A stretch of DNA of 64,000 nucleotides, taken from an uncultured Gammaproteobacteria bacterium (lineage in GTDB: Bacteria; Patescibacteriota; Microgenomatia; UBA8517). The stretch is from the NCBI GenBank assembly GCA_964463425.1, contig CAYXBV010000001.1, positions 55,547-119,546 of the forward strand, in the 5' to 3' direction. Of the stretch, positions 12,361 to 22,237 are shown in pieces. The stretch's first letter is position 1. Every line of letters begins with the position of its first letter. The translations under genes were made by a program, and so were the position numbers. The notes below the pieces were generated by a model, which did no database searches, was not told the origin of the DNA, and saw only the letters and a list, made by a program, of their open reading frames with translations.

Positions 12361-12516
12361 ATGTACTCTGTGATAGAAAGAATACCTCTCATAAATAATA
12401 GACAAAGGAATAACGGCACTAAACCTGCCATTCCGGAAAGAAAACCAGAAAAGGCTAAAAAACATATTAAAAGAAGTGGTAAAAGAAAAAAAGAAACTCC
12501 TAATCATCATACTTGA
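12361..12516 (+). CDS. Possible small basic protein (51 aa)
   Basis: ORF MYSVIERIPLINN...KRKKETPNHHT fills an otherwise empty gap; no homology recognised. Confidence 0.25.
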   Translation: MYSVIERIPLINNRQRNNGTKPAIPERKPEKAKKHIKRSGKRKKETPNHHT

Positions 12517-12578
12517 ATCAAAATACGCTTTCTTCAGTAGAACAAGTAACATAAATAGACTAGAATAATTAATAGATC

Positions 12579-12929
12579 ATGAGCGAAAAAATAGTCGGTT
12601 ACATTCTTCTTTTTTCGGGTATTGCCATTCTCCTGTTGTCAGCATTCAGTGTTTACGGTGTTTTTTCAAAGAATATTGAACCGATTCAATTCTTTACTAT
12701 TGGTGATGCCCCAATTGAAGTTCCCGTGGTAGGTCAGGGCGCCAATGGGGGAGGGATAGACATTCCTACAACAACAATTTCCGCTCCTCTAAATTCTTTC
12801 GCTCACCTAGTTCTAATGATGTTTATTGGAAGCATTGGCTTTAAAATTTCATCTCTAGGAACCATGCTTGTAAGACCAGTTATTGTTAAGCTTAAAAGCA
12901 AAGAATCTCCAGATAAATCCACTAAATAA
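12579..12929 (+). CDS. Hypothetical two-TM membrane protein
   Basis: Two hydrophobic helices; C-terminal GTMLVRPVIVK. Confidence 0.75.
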   Translation: MSEKIVGYILLFSGIAILLLSAFSVYGVFSKNIEPIQFFTIGDAPIEVPVVGQGANGGGIDIPTTTISAPLNSFAHLVLMMFIGSIGFKISSLGTMLVRPVIVKLKSKESPDKSTK

Positions 12930-12980
12930 AAATATAGAAAAAAAATAATATACAAAAATGCGATGTATTTTTCTGTCTGC

Positions 12981-13721
12981 TTATCGAAGTTCAAAAGTTA
13001 CCGTCACGGTTTTATAAACCGTTTCTGTACCGGGTTCAATTGGAGTGTCACCACCAGCCTCTGGAAGACCTCCGAATATGCCACTTGTTTGTTGTGCCCC
13101 CTCGCTCACAGTAACTATTTTTCCTAATTTTCTGTCACTAGACACTGCAATCTTTTCAGCTTTCTCGCGAGCATTATTTATTGCTTCTTCAAGGAGAACC
13201 ACTTCTAAATCCTGTGTGTCATCTAATGAAAAATTAGGTCCATAAACATTTGTTGCCTCACTTTCGTTTAGTAAATCAGCAAAGGCTGATGCTCTGTTTA
13301 CATCTCGAAGAGTAATTTCAATAGTATTGTTTGCGCGCCACTGTCCCAACAGTGCTTTTCTTGCTTCTTTTTCAATGAACGATTCTTGAGTTTGATATAC
13401 ACTAAGGTTTCTCGTTTGAATATCTTCCTCTGCTACCCCAAATGTCTTTACGATTTCGGCAATGTCTGTCATTGCTTGATTTACTTCACTAACTGCTATT
13501 TCCTTGTCGTCATTTATGACTGTTACCCCCGCCGTAAAGGTTGCTATCTGGCTTTTTTCTTCCAACGTAGCCTCCCCAGACACAGTTATAGTTGAAGCGG
13601 GCAATATTTCTATTTTGCCCCAATTAACATATTTCCAAGGAATGACAAAAACTCCTATTAATATGGTTGCTAATAATAGTACTGAGGTCGTGATCCTTTT
13701 CTTAAGTTTCTTTATACCCAT
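12981..13721 (-). CDS. SIMPL domain (DUF541) protein
   Basis: TITVSGEA, IQT.NLSV, AINNAREKAEKIA, LGKIVTVSE, IEPG...VTVTFEL. Confidence 0.9.
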   Translation of the reverse strand: MGIKKLKKRITTSVLLLATILIGVFVIPWKYVNWGKIEILPASTITVSGEATLEEKSQIATFTAGVTVINDDKEIAVSEVNQAMTDIAEIVKTFGVAEEDIQTRNLSVYQTQESFIEKEARKALLGQWRANNTIEITLRDVNRASAFADLLNESEATNVYGPNFSLDDTQDLEVVLLEEAINNAREKAEKIAVSSDRKLGKIVTVSEGAQQTSGIFGGLPEAGGDTPIEPGTETVYKTVTVTFELR

Positions 13722-13861
13722 GTATCTCAGATTATCTTACAATAAAATGGCTGTCAATGCCTGCGTTTCACCAAGTATTCCTATTGCTCAACAGCCTCAG
13801 AAAGGGTAAAATGGAGCAGGCTAAACGCCTATCTTTTTTTGTTTGTTGAAGCTAAAAAATT

Positions 13862-16465
13862 ATGGAAATTGGAAAAGTAAAATCAGTAGAAATAACCGCC
13901 GAAATGTCAAAGAGCTACGTTGATTATGCAATGAGCGTCATCGTGTCTCGAGCACTTCCTGATATCAGAGATGGATTAAAACCTGTTCACAGAAGAATTC
14001 TCTATGCCATGCATTTGATGAATCTTGACCCAACTAAGTCTTTTACTAAATCTGCAAAAGTTGTCGGAGAAGTTTTGGGAAAATACCATCCTCACGGCGA
14101 CATGGCCGTTTATGACTCGCTTGTTCGTTTAGCTCAAGATTTTTCAATGAGGTACCCGCTAGTTCAGGGACAGGGAAATTTCGGATCCATTGATGGAGAC
14201 TCTGCCGCAGCCATGCGTTACACAGAGGTAAGAATGGCAAAAATATCGCCTACTATTCTGAGTGATATCGAGAAAAATACAGTTGATTTTCTTGATAATT
14301 TCGATGCAACATTAAAAGAACCAGTATATTTACCAGCCCTTCTTCCCAACATGTTGTTAATGGGATCTGAAGGAATAGCTGTCGGAATGGCCACTAAAAT
14401 ACCACCCCATAACTTAAAGGAAGTAATTGATGCCGTACTGGCCACTATCAAAAAAGGGAAAATTATTTCGGAAAAAAAGGCGCAAAAAGAAGAAGCTGAG
14501 TTTTTTATTAAGAAAATTAACCTAAAGGCTTCAGGGCAAGACAAGGATGGAGATATTCTTAGCCCCTCTGAGGTCAATTTTGAAAGCGATATTTCAATCG
14601 ATGAGTTAATGGACATTATTCCTGGTCCAGATTTCCCAACAGGCGGCACAATTTATGATGCCGCTTCTCTAAATGAAGTATATGCAACTGGTCGTGGAAA
14701 AATAATCGTTAGGGGAGTGGCCGAAATCAAAGAGGGTCCGAGAAATCGACAGCAAATAGTTATTTCTGAACTTCCATATCAAGTAAACAAAGCCAAACTA
14801 GTTATTAAAATTGCCGAATTAGTACGCGAGAAAAGAATAAAAGGTATTGCTGACTTGAGAGACGAATCAGATAAGGATGGACTATCTGTTGTTGTCGAAC
14901 TTAAAAGAGATGCTAGACCTAAAGCCGTTCTTAACAATCTATATAAGCACACGCGGCTTCAAACCACTTTTCCCGCCAATTTCGTTGCCTTGATCGATGG
15001 AGCTCCTTTCACTGTAAACCTAAAACAAATTCTAACCGAATATGTTAAACACCGACAAAATGTTATTACCAGAAGAACCATTTTTGACTTAACTGCTGCT
15101 AAGAGACGTGCCCATATCTTAGAGGGATTAAAAATAGCCCTTGATAACTTAGACGCAGTCATTAAAACGATTCGAGCAAGCCGCACGCAAGAAGATGCAA
15201 AAAAGAACTTAATTAAAAAGTTCGGATTAACCGACATCCAATCTACGGCTATTTTAGACATGCAACTCAGGCGATTGGCCGCCCTAGAGCGAGATAAGAT
15301 TGAAAAGGAATACAACGAAATTAAGAAACTAATAGACAAACTAACAGCCATTCTTAGAAATCCTCAAAAAGTGCTTACAATAATAACCAAAGAACTCACA
15401 GAACTTAGAGAAAAATTTGGAGACGCAAGAAGAACTAAGATTTATAAACAAAAACTAGGAGAATTTTCCGACGAAGATTTAGTTCCAAACAAGGAAACTC
15501 TTATTACTGTTACCAAAACTGGATACGTAAAAAGAGTTCCTAGGGGAACATACAGGTCACAAAGACGCGGAGGAAAGGGTGTTGTAGGAATGACAACAAA
15601 AGAAGCTGACGAAATCGAACACATCCTATCGGCGATGACGCATGACACAGTATTATTCTTTACAAATAAAGGAAAAGTATACGGGATAAGAGCCTGGGAA
15701 ATTCCAGAGACAACCAGACAGGCTAAGGGACAAGCAATTGTTAATCTTATTGATATTGATCAAAACGAAGTCGTTATGTCGGTTTTGGCGGCCAGCAACG
15801 ATGATCTGCGCAAGCACTATATTATGACCACCTCGATGGGTGTTGTTAAAAAAACAAAGGTATCTCAATTTAAAAATCTAAGAGCCTCTGGTCTAATCGC
15901 TATTCGCTTAGCTGCAAAAGATTCTCTTGTCTGTGTTCAAGAAACACAAGGGAATGAGCACATTCTTCTTTTGTCTAAAAATGGTAAGTCTATTCGATTC
16001 CCTGAAACAAATGTCCGATCTATGGGAAGAGCCACAACCGGTGTTCGTGGTATTAAACTAGAAACAACTGATGAAGTTATTGGAATGGAAGTATTCGCAG
16101 AAAAAACCACCAAACCAAAAGACAAAAGACGAAAGATGTTTAGAGACATCCTTACCATTTCGGAAAATGGACTTGGTAAAAGAACAGGCATTCATCTTTT
16201 CCCAGTTCAAAGAAGGGCAGGGAAGGGTGTTAAAGCAGCCGTCGTTAACAGCAAAACAGGTCCTCTCACCGCCATCGCTCTAGTTAATGAAAAAATGGAG
16301 CAATTGATTATCACTAGTAAAAATGGGCAAATCATTAAACTGCCTCTCAAAAACATTCCCCAGATGGGAAGAGCTACTCAAGGAGTTATCTTAATGCGCT
16401 TTGCAAAGAAAAATGACGCTGTTGCCGCCATGGCCTGCTTGGAAAAAAACCTAGCCAAAAAATAA
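13862..16465 (+). CDS. gyrA: DNA gyrase subunit A
   Basis: [29 protein letters not shown] catalytic Tyr, GyrA-box QRRGGKG, beta-pinwheel CTD. Confidence 0.97.
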   Translation: MEIGKVKSVEITAEMSKSYVDYAMSVIVSRALPDIRDGLKPVHRRILYAMHLMNLDPTKSFTKSAKVVGEVLGKYHPHGDMAVYDSLVRLAQDFSMRYPLVQGQGNFGSIDGDSAAAMRYTEVRMAKISPTILSDIEKNTVDFLDNFDATLKEPVYLPALLPNMLLMGSEGIAVGMATKIPPHNLKEVIDAVLATIKKGKIISEKKAQKEEAEFFIKKINLKASGQDKDGDILSPSEVNFESDISIDELMDIIPGPDFPTGGTIYDAASLNEVYATGRGKIIVRGVAEIKEGPRNRQQIVISELPYQVNKAKLVIKIAELVREKRIKGIADLRDESDKDGLSVVVELKRDARPKAVLNNLYKHTRLQTTFPANFVALIDGAPFTVNLKQILTEYVKHRQNVITRRTIFDLTAAKRRAHILEGLKIALDNLDAVIKTIRASRTQEDAKKNLIKKFGLTDIQSTAILDMQLRRLAALERDKIEKEYNEIKKLIDKLTAILRNPQKVLTIITKELTELREKFGDARRTKIYKQKLGEFSDEDLVPNKETLITVTKTGYVKRVPRGTYRSQRRGGKGVVGMTTKEADEIEHILSAMTHDTVLFFTNKGKVYGIRAWEIPETTRQAKGQAIVNLIDIDQNEVVMSVLAASNDDLRKHYIMTTSMGVVKKTKVSQFKNLRASGLIAIRLAAKDSLVCVQETQGNEHILLLSKNGKSIRFPETNVRSMGRATTGVRGIKLETTDEVIGMEVFAEKTTKPKDKRRKMFRDILTISENGLGKRTGIHLFPVQRRAGKGVKAAVVNSKTGPLTAIALVNEKMEQLIITSKNGQIIKLPLKNIPQMGRATQGVILMRFAKKNDAVAAMACLEKNLAKK

Positions 16466-16532
16466 ATATCTCCATTGTTAAATAACCTATATTTTGTATT
16501 TCATTAATTTGCATTGTATAATGCTACTAATC

Positions 16533-16556
16533 TGTCCGTATATTCGGGCATTTTTT
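16533..16556 (+). terminator. Putative intrinsic terminator downstream of gyrA
   Basis: TGTCCG-tatatt-CGGGCA stem (one G:U) followed by T6. Confidence 0.45.
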
Positions 16557-16626
16557 ATTTGTAAGCTCATTAACAAATTTCGTCAAAACCTATTCCAACT
16601 GAAGGCCCTAAAGGAGGGTAACAAAC

Positions 16627-17322
16627 ATGTCTATCTTCGTTGTAATCCTGCAACTCGTTTTAGTGTTGGTCATTCATGAGTGGGGACATGCCTTTGCCGC
16701 CTCACTTCTTGGCTTTTCTTTTGACACTATTTTTATTGGTCTCCCTATCCAGCCTAAAAAAACCTTTTACTTTAGAGGTAAAGAGATAATTGTTTCTCCT
16801 TGGCTTGTGGGGGGCGGAGTGAATATTAAGGAAGAAGACATCCTTAAGTCCACGTTTCTCAAAAAAACAATCGTTTATAGCGCTGGACCACTTGCAAACA
16901 TCGCCGCCGGCTTAATAGTTTCTTATCTGACTTTTGGAAAAGCTGGTCTAATGGTGGCTTGGATGTATATTAAAGCATCCTTTTTTGCTGTTACCATGCT
17001 ATTGACTGGCCACATAGGGATTGAGCAAGTTTCGAGTCCGATTGGTGTTGTTGCCATCACTCATGAAATAGTCGACGTAGAATTTGTGTTTGGTACCATT
17101 TTTGTTTGGCTACTTTTAAACTTCAGCGTGGCCATAATAAACCTTGCACCAGTTCCGGCACTTGATGGTGGACACATATGGATTGGAGCCATCTGCTCTT
17201 TGTTTAAAAATAAGCCAGGAATTATTAAGGCAGCTAAAATACTTAATTACACCTTCCTCGTGCTTATTCTTCTATTAATGGTGTTTCTACTCGCAAGAGA
17301 CATCATTCAACTAATATTCTAA
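16627..17322 (+). CDS. M50 family intramembrane metalloprotease (RseP-like, no PDZ)
   Basis: HEWGH, AGPLAN, NLAPVPALDGG; strong SD AAAGGAGGG. Confidence 0.88.
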   Translation: MSIFVVILQLVLVLVIHEWGHAFAASLLGFSFDTIFIGLPIQPKKTFYFRGKEIIVSPWLVGGGVNIKEEDILKSTFLKKTIVYSAGPLANIAAGLIVSYLTFGKAGLMVAWMYIKASFFAVTMLLTGHIGIEQVSSPIGVVAITHEIVDVEFVFGTIFVWLLLNFSVAIINLAPVPALDGGHIWIGAICSLFKNKPGIIKAAKILNYTFLVLILLLMVFLLARDIIQLIF

Positions 17323-17363
17323 TTGGTTTTGACCGAAACTATTCTGTATACAAAACAGAGACC

Positions 17364-17415
17364 GAGGGTACGCGTTTAGAGAGAAATCTCTATTCAAACG
17401 ACCCTCTTGTTTTTT
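17364..17415 (+). terminator. Long bulged hairpin / terminator between the convergent M50 and xer genes
   Basis: GAGGGT..CGTTT.AGAGA-gaaa-TCTCT..AAACG.ACCCTC followed by TTGTTTTTT. Confidence 0.55.
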
Positions 17416-17418
17416 GGT

Positions 17419-18378
17419 TTAATCTCCACCCTTGCCGTGAAAAGCCGAATGAATATCTCGAAGGTGCTTGTGGGTTACATGGGTATATATCTGAGTCGTT
17501 GAGACATTCTTGTGTCCCAACATTTCTTGAACACTTCTTAAATCTGCGCCAGCCATCAACAGGTCTGTAGCAAAACTATGCCTCATAACGTGCGGGGTAA
17601 CATCTATTGGAAATTTCATTTTTCTTGAGTACTTTTTAAGCATTCTTTGCACGGAGCGAGGAGATAGTCTCATTTCCTCACTTGAGATTGATGGATCAAT
17701 TTTTCCTTTGTGGCGAATAAACAAAGGCGAGTATCTGTCTTTTCTTGACTTTACATACTTATCTATCCACTCCACCGCCCTTGCCGACAAAAAGACAACT
17801 CTTGTTTTTCCTCCTTTTCCAAGTATTCCAAACTCTCTTCTTTTAAAATCAATTTTATCTCTATCCATTTTTACCAACTCTGAAACCCTTAAACCCGTCG
17901 AGAAAAGAACTTCTAATATTGCCTTGTCTCTTTTGCCTTGGATGGTTGAAAGAGATGGGGCGTTAAGAAGTCTGTCTACTTGTTCTCCTGACAAAAATTT
18001 AATCTGTCTTTCGTCTGTTTTTGGTAACTCAATTTTGTCTGGAGACATAACTTCAATATCATTTCTAATTAGCCATTTTAAAAATGATCTCAAAGCAATA
18101 GCATGGAAACCTTGTGTTTTTCTCGAGAGAGTGCCTCCTTTGTTTGTTTCTATTCTTGAAAGATACACTCTGTATTGCCGTACTACTTCGGAATTTATAT
18201 CTTGAGGAGTTTGTCTAATTCCTGATTTTTTCATCCAAGAACAAAAACGATTAAGGTAATGTTTGTAGTTTCGAATGGTTAGAGGAGAGGACCCTTTTTC
18301 AATTTCTAAATATTCCAAGAAATTGTTGCAATATTTTTCTAATGGCGATATTTTTTTTGACGATTGAGCAGTCGGCAT
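17419..18378 (-). CDS. XerC/XerD-family tyrosine recombinase
   Basis: N-terminal SAM-like domain (S.LTIRNY), TGLRVSEL, GKGGK.R, HVMRHSFAT, LGHKNVSTTQIYT; ATG 18378 likely. Confidence 0.93.
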   Translation of the reverse strand: MPTAQSSKKISPLEKYCNNFLEYLEIEKGSSPLTIRNYKHYLNRFCSWMKKSGIRQTPQDINSEVVRQYRVYLSRIETNKGGTLSRKTQGFHAIALRSFLKWLIRNDIEVMSPDKIELPKTDERQIKFLSGEQVDRLLNAPSLSTIQGKRDKAILEVLFSTGLRVSELVKMDRDKIDFKRREFGILGKGGKTRVVFLSARAVEWIDKYVKSRKDRYSPLFIRHKGKIDPSISSEEMRLSPRSVQRMLKKYSRKMKFPIDVTPHVMRHSFATDLLMAGADLRSVQEMLGHKNVSTTQIYTHVTHKHLRDIHSAFHGKGGD

Positions 18379-18471
18379 TTTTTGAAAATTAATTAATGTT
18401 AAGTAGGGAAGACCCTGTATAAAAATTAACATAGCCACAGAAGGTTGTCAATATTGTGCGACACAGAAGAA

Positions 18472-19155
18472 CTAGTCACGAAAGAGTATTTTTAGAGCCT
18501 CTTCAAGAGTGGGCACCCTATGAATATCGCTCCTAATTCTTAATATTTGGCCCGTATCACAGTCATCACAGGCAGCATCATTATTTAATAGCACAACCAT
18601 TGCGTCTGTGTGCTTAGCAATTCTTTCGGCATGATGAGCAGCATCTTCAAAAAACACTGTAATTCCGTAGCGCTTTATCTGATCAGCTTTAAAAATTTCT
18701 CCCACTGTATCTTCGTCATCTCTAATAATTATTTGGGTTTTGTTAACCCAGGGCATATTTACGCGATACCACTCAATCGTGCTTTCAGTAAAAACTGGAG
18801 GCCTCGAGGTAATTATTTGGAAATACTTTCTTCTCTTGGTAAGATCTCTCGTAAACTCAGTAGCGCCAGGATTCGGCTTTGCCCTCAGTAAAACGTCAGG
18901 TCGGTGATACCAAAGGCTGTTATGTATCTCTTTAGCTTCTTCGTCACTTACTCCCAAATCATCTTTTGCCCACAATGCCAGGTCATAAAATCCTTTTATT
19001 TCATTTACTGAATGATTTGTCCCAAAGTCTTTGTTGTACTCATCAATAACTGGCTGCCTAGATCCGGCCATAACTCCGTCATGATCAAATCCAATGACAT
19101 GTTGTTCAATGAACGCTTCGCGACTTATTGGTCTGTGTGGTCTTTCTTTAAACAT
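18472..19155 (-). CDS. HAD-superfamily 5'(3')-deoxyribonucleotidase-like protein
   Basis: FDHDGV motif I, ITSR motif II, K, FFED motif IV. Confidence 0.78.
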   Translation of the reverse strand: MFKERPHRPISREAFIEQHVIGFDHDGVMAGSRQPVIDEYNKDFGTNHSVNEIKGFYDLALWAKDDLGVSDEEAKEIHNSLWYHRPDVLLRAKPNPGATEFTRDLTKRRKYFQIITSRPPVFTESTIEWYRVNMPWVNKTQIIIRDDEDTVGEIFKADQIKRYGITVFFEDAAHHAERIAKHTDAMVVLLNNDAACDDCDTGQILRIRSDIHRVPTLEEALKILFRD

Positions 19156-19190
19156 GTATGGCTATCTTTTACTCTTGTATTCATTTTTTA

Positions 19191-19730
19191 TTATTTGAAA
19201 ACCCTAAACCAGGTTTCCGTGTGATTGAGAAGTTCCTTCTCGGTATAAAATCCAGCTCTTCTGTTATATGTACACTCTTGACCTACGGTCCATTGTCCTT
19301 TGGCAAACCAGCTTTCTAGTCTGCAAGTATGGTTTCCTTCTTTATTTGGAAATATCGTTGTTACATAACGACAATCCCCAAACCTATTTAATATTCTCTC
19401 TACAATAAAACCTTCTTTTTCGTCATCATCAATAATCTCTCTCTCGATAGACCATTCTTCTGGATCTAGTCTTAACAAATGTTTAAAGTATTTGTCTGAC
19501 TCTTTTACCAAAACATCGTCTGAAATTTCTTTCTCTGAAAAAGTTTTTGCCCATTCGGGTCTTTTGTTTAGAAAATATTTCTTGTGTTCCATTATTGTTA
19601 AAGAAACACTTTGTATTTTGTTTTTTTGGTCTCTCAACCAATCCGCCCACTCAGTATTTATAAAAATACTTCTTCCGTCCAACATATCCAACTGTCGCTT
19701 AAACGGCGAATGACGTCTTCTTTCTGCCAT
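19191..19730 (-). CDS. Hypothetical protein
   Basis: 179-aa ORF with a TAAAAT -10-like hexamer upstream; no family recognised. Confidence 0.6.
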   Translation of the reverse strand: MAERRRHSPFKRQLDMLDGRSIFINTEWADWLRDQKNKIQSVSLTIMEHKKYFLNKRPEWAKTFSEKEISDDVLVKESDKYFKHLLRLDPEEWSIEREIIDDDEKEGFIVERILNRFGDCRYVTTIFPNKEGNHTCRLESWFAKGQWTVGQECTYNRRAGFYTEKELLNHTETWFRVFK

Positions 19731-20070
19731 AAGGAAGCCATTTTATACTTTAGAGTTAGTAAATTCAAACCCAGAGTTTCATTAGATCAATTCTAAGAGG
19801 CCCGTCAGTAAATAAATAGGTAACTCATCATCTACATTGGTTTCGTAAATAAAAATCATAGCAAACAACAAACAAAATGAGATTTTAGGAAACTGGGGGA
19901 GAGGGGCTAAAATCGCTAAATTTACTTTCGGATAATGTTCGGAGAGAGAATATATAGACAAACCTTAAACAGAGGACAATTAATATAATTTATAACATTT
20001 CCATAATCATATAAGGACATAGGGTTGATGAATGAGCCAAAAACACCCGCCCACCCCAGTGAATTAGTAT

Positions 20071-20098
20071 ACGTCGCAAAAGTATCATTGTGCGACTA
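20071..20098. other. Candidate dif-like Xer recombination site (11-6-11 imperfect palindrome)
   Basis: ACGTCGCAAAA-GTATCA-TTGTGCGACTA, arms 8/11 complementary, 1.7 kb from the xer gene in a long non-coding gap. Confidence 0.45.
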
Positions 20099-20548
20099 TG
20101 TATCAATTGAGCTCCTCCACCATACTGCTGTTACAAATAACCATGTGACATTCTTATAAGAGAAGTCCAACGTTTTCCTTTGCTGCTAGAGATGCATTCT
20201 ATGATGGTTGTCCTCTGGATCTGATCCAACTCATCGTTCTCTGTATCACACTCTCAGTAGGGGTATTTTAGCAATCCAATAGCTTGACTAGTTATCCACA
20301 ACGGGGACGTATTAGGCATGAGGCTCTATCTTTCGTGCTTGGTAACTATATCATACTGCATCGTTTATCCTTCGGTTTATCTTTGGCAGCGTCGTATTTT
20401 GTCAGCGCGTGAAAATTCTGGTTAATTCTTGTGAAAACTCCCCCTTCGTGGCAATGCGTGAAGATAAATTATAGGATATATACTACCCTCCTCCCCTCCT
20501 TGTCGTGTCATTAAAAATCTAACTATTTCCGAATCGAATTTTATTAAA

Positions 20549-21346
20549 TTAGCCTCCCCAATGCGTAGCAAAAAACATTCCTATAAATACAAAGGCGCCT
20601 ACAAAGAGGTATTCCCTAACAGTTTGAGCAAAAAGCCTAGCCTCGAGCTTTGCCTGACCCAAGCCTAGAAGCATATAGGCTGCGACTGTTAAGAATAATG
20701 ACCCAACAACAACTGTGACTGGCCAGAAAAATAAGCTTAGAGCAACCTGCCCCACAATAAGGCTGGCGACAAGAGACATCATTATTAAATCTTTTGAAAA
20801 CTTACGCTCAAGCGGTATTGTCCAAAAGCCTTGAAGGAATAAAGGAACAGAAACCAACGAAGATAATAGACTAGTTACCGCAATCGATGCCTTTAGAGAC
20901 AGGATTGTGTCAAAAATAAGGAAAGAGGTCACTAAAGTGAGTACAAATCCAACTCCCCTTGCCGCCCTTAATAAGGCAATCGTTCTTATTGTTGCTACTG
21001 TATAAATATTAGTCGTTAAGCAGAGAGCGTAAATACCTAGGCCATAAAAAATAACGGCGGGAAGCCTCGCGAAAACATTTGTTGGAAGTAGAAACCAAAA
21101 AAGACCGACCCCAATGGTAAACATTGTTGGCAATATCAAGGATAATAATGTTAAATTCTTTCCCAACCCCTCCCTTAAAGACCATGCAAACAACAATAGA
21201 GTCAATAATCCCAGAGCGCCAATCGTTAAAAACCTAAACTGATTTTCAATAAATAAGTTATCCCTAGAAGCACTGATTAATTGAATTGCAATAAATCCCA
21301 AGGAGAGAGTAAATGATGTTATAAAAAATCTTTTTCTTTTACTCAT
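20549..21346 (-). CDS. Polytopic membrane protein (DUF5656-like)
   Basis: Multiple TM helices; NI..VA..RTI.LLRAA and FWP motifs. Confidence 0.7.
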   Translation of the reverse strand: MSKRKRFFITSFTLSLGFIAIQLISASRDNLFIENQFRFLTIGALGLLTLLLFAWSLREGLGKNLTLLSLILPTMFTIGVGLFWFLLPTNVFARLPAVIFYGLGIYALCLTTNIYTVATIRTIALLRAARGVGFVLTLVTSFLIFDTILSLKASIAVTSLLSSLVSVPLFLQGFWTIPLERKFSKDLIMMSLVASLIVGQVALSLFFWPVTVVVGSLFLTVAAYMLLGLGQAKLEARLFAQTVREYLFVGAFVFIGMFFATHWGG

Positions 21347-22085
21347 TTGCTATTTTTTCTAAGATGTCTTCAGGAATATCAAAATTCGCAAACACTTTTT
21401 GAACATCATCTTGATTTTCTAATCCATCTAAAAAGGAAAGGACTTTGTTTGCCTTCTTTTCATTGTCCAGTAATTGATAGTTTTTAGGTTTTTGTACTAA
21501 CTCTGTGGAGACAATATTAAATTTCTTATTTTCAAGTTTTTCTCTAATTTCTTTAATAAGACTCGAGTCCACATGTATCTCAATTCCATCGGTTGTTTCT
21601 TCCATGTCCTCTACGCCAAGATCTATGAGAGCTAGCATTTGTTCTTCCACATTTTTGTCTTTTTTGATTACAATAAATCCTTTTGGTTCAAAGTTAAAAG
21701 ATACAGCTCCTGGACCAGCCAAGCTCCCTCCCCCTTTGTCAAAAATACTTTTAATTTCCTGTCCAGATCTATTTCTATTATCTGTGGCTACCTCAACCAT
21801 AACGGCAACACCGACGGGGCCAAACCCTTCATAGGTGACCTCTTCTAAGTCTCCCCCGCCTACTCCTTTAGAAATAGCACGTTCGATACTAGCCTTTGGC
21901 ATATTCATTGCTCTAGCCTTATCTATAGCAACTCTCAATTTATAATTTGAATCAGGTGAAGACCCTCCCCCGCTTTTTACCGCAATCGAAATTGCTCGTG
22001 ACAATTTTGAAAAAACGGCTCCCTTTGTGGCATCGTTAGATTCTTTTTGTCTTTTGATTGTTGAATAGTGTGAATGACCACTCAT
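21339..22085 (-). CDS. yebC: YebC/PmpR family protein
   Basis: MSGHSH..TIKRQK, YEGFGP.GVAVMVE..TDNRNR, DDVQKVFAN. Confidence 0.95.
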   Translation of the reverse strand: MSGHSHYSTIKRQKESNDATKGAVFSKLSRAISIAVKSGGGSSPDSNYKLRVAIDKARAMNMPKASIERAISKGVGGGDLEEVTYEGFGPVGVAVMVEVATDNRNRSGQEIKSIFDKGGGSLAGPGAVSFNFEPKGFIVIKKDKNVEEQMLALIDLGVEDMEETTDGIEIHVDSSLIKEIREKLENKKFNIVSTELVQKPKNYQLLDNEKKANKVLSFLDGLENQDDVQKVFANFDIPEDILEKIANE

Positions 22086-22237
22086 TTCAAATGTAATTAT
22101 ATACGAAAAATCTTTTTTTTCCCATAAAATCTGTACGCTTGTGAGTCGTTTATTCTTTTTCTAAGATTCTTCGCCGTTTCCCCTTGACAACCCTCTTGTC
22201 ATATCTATACTCAGAATGAGTTACACGGAAAACATAC

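Noticed and set aside
11576-12580. CRISPR array near the Cas4-like gene
   Set aside because: No repeat-spacer periodicity here or anywhere in the window, and no cas1 or cas2.
17419-18378. Integron integrase with attC cassettes, or a prophage integrase
   Set aside because: No IntI-specific insertion, no repeated RYYYAAC/GTTRRRY sites and no phage genes; the sequence fits a chromosomal Xer.
20292-20300. oriC call from the DnaA box
   Set aside because: Only one perfect box, no dnaA or dnaN nearby, and most genes to its right point toward it; kept only as part of the unexplained-gap finding.
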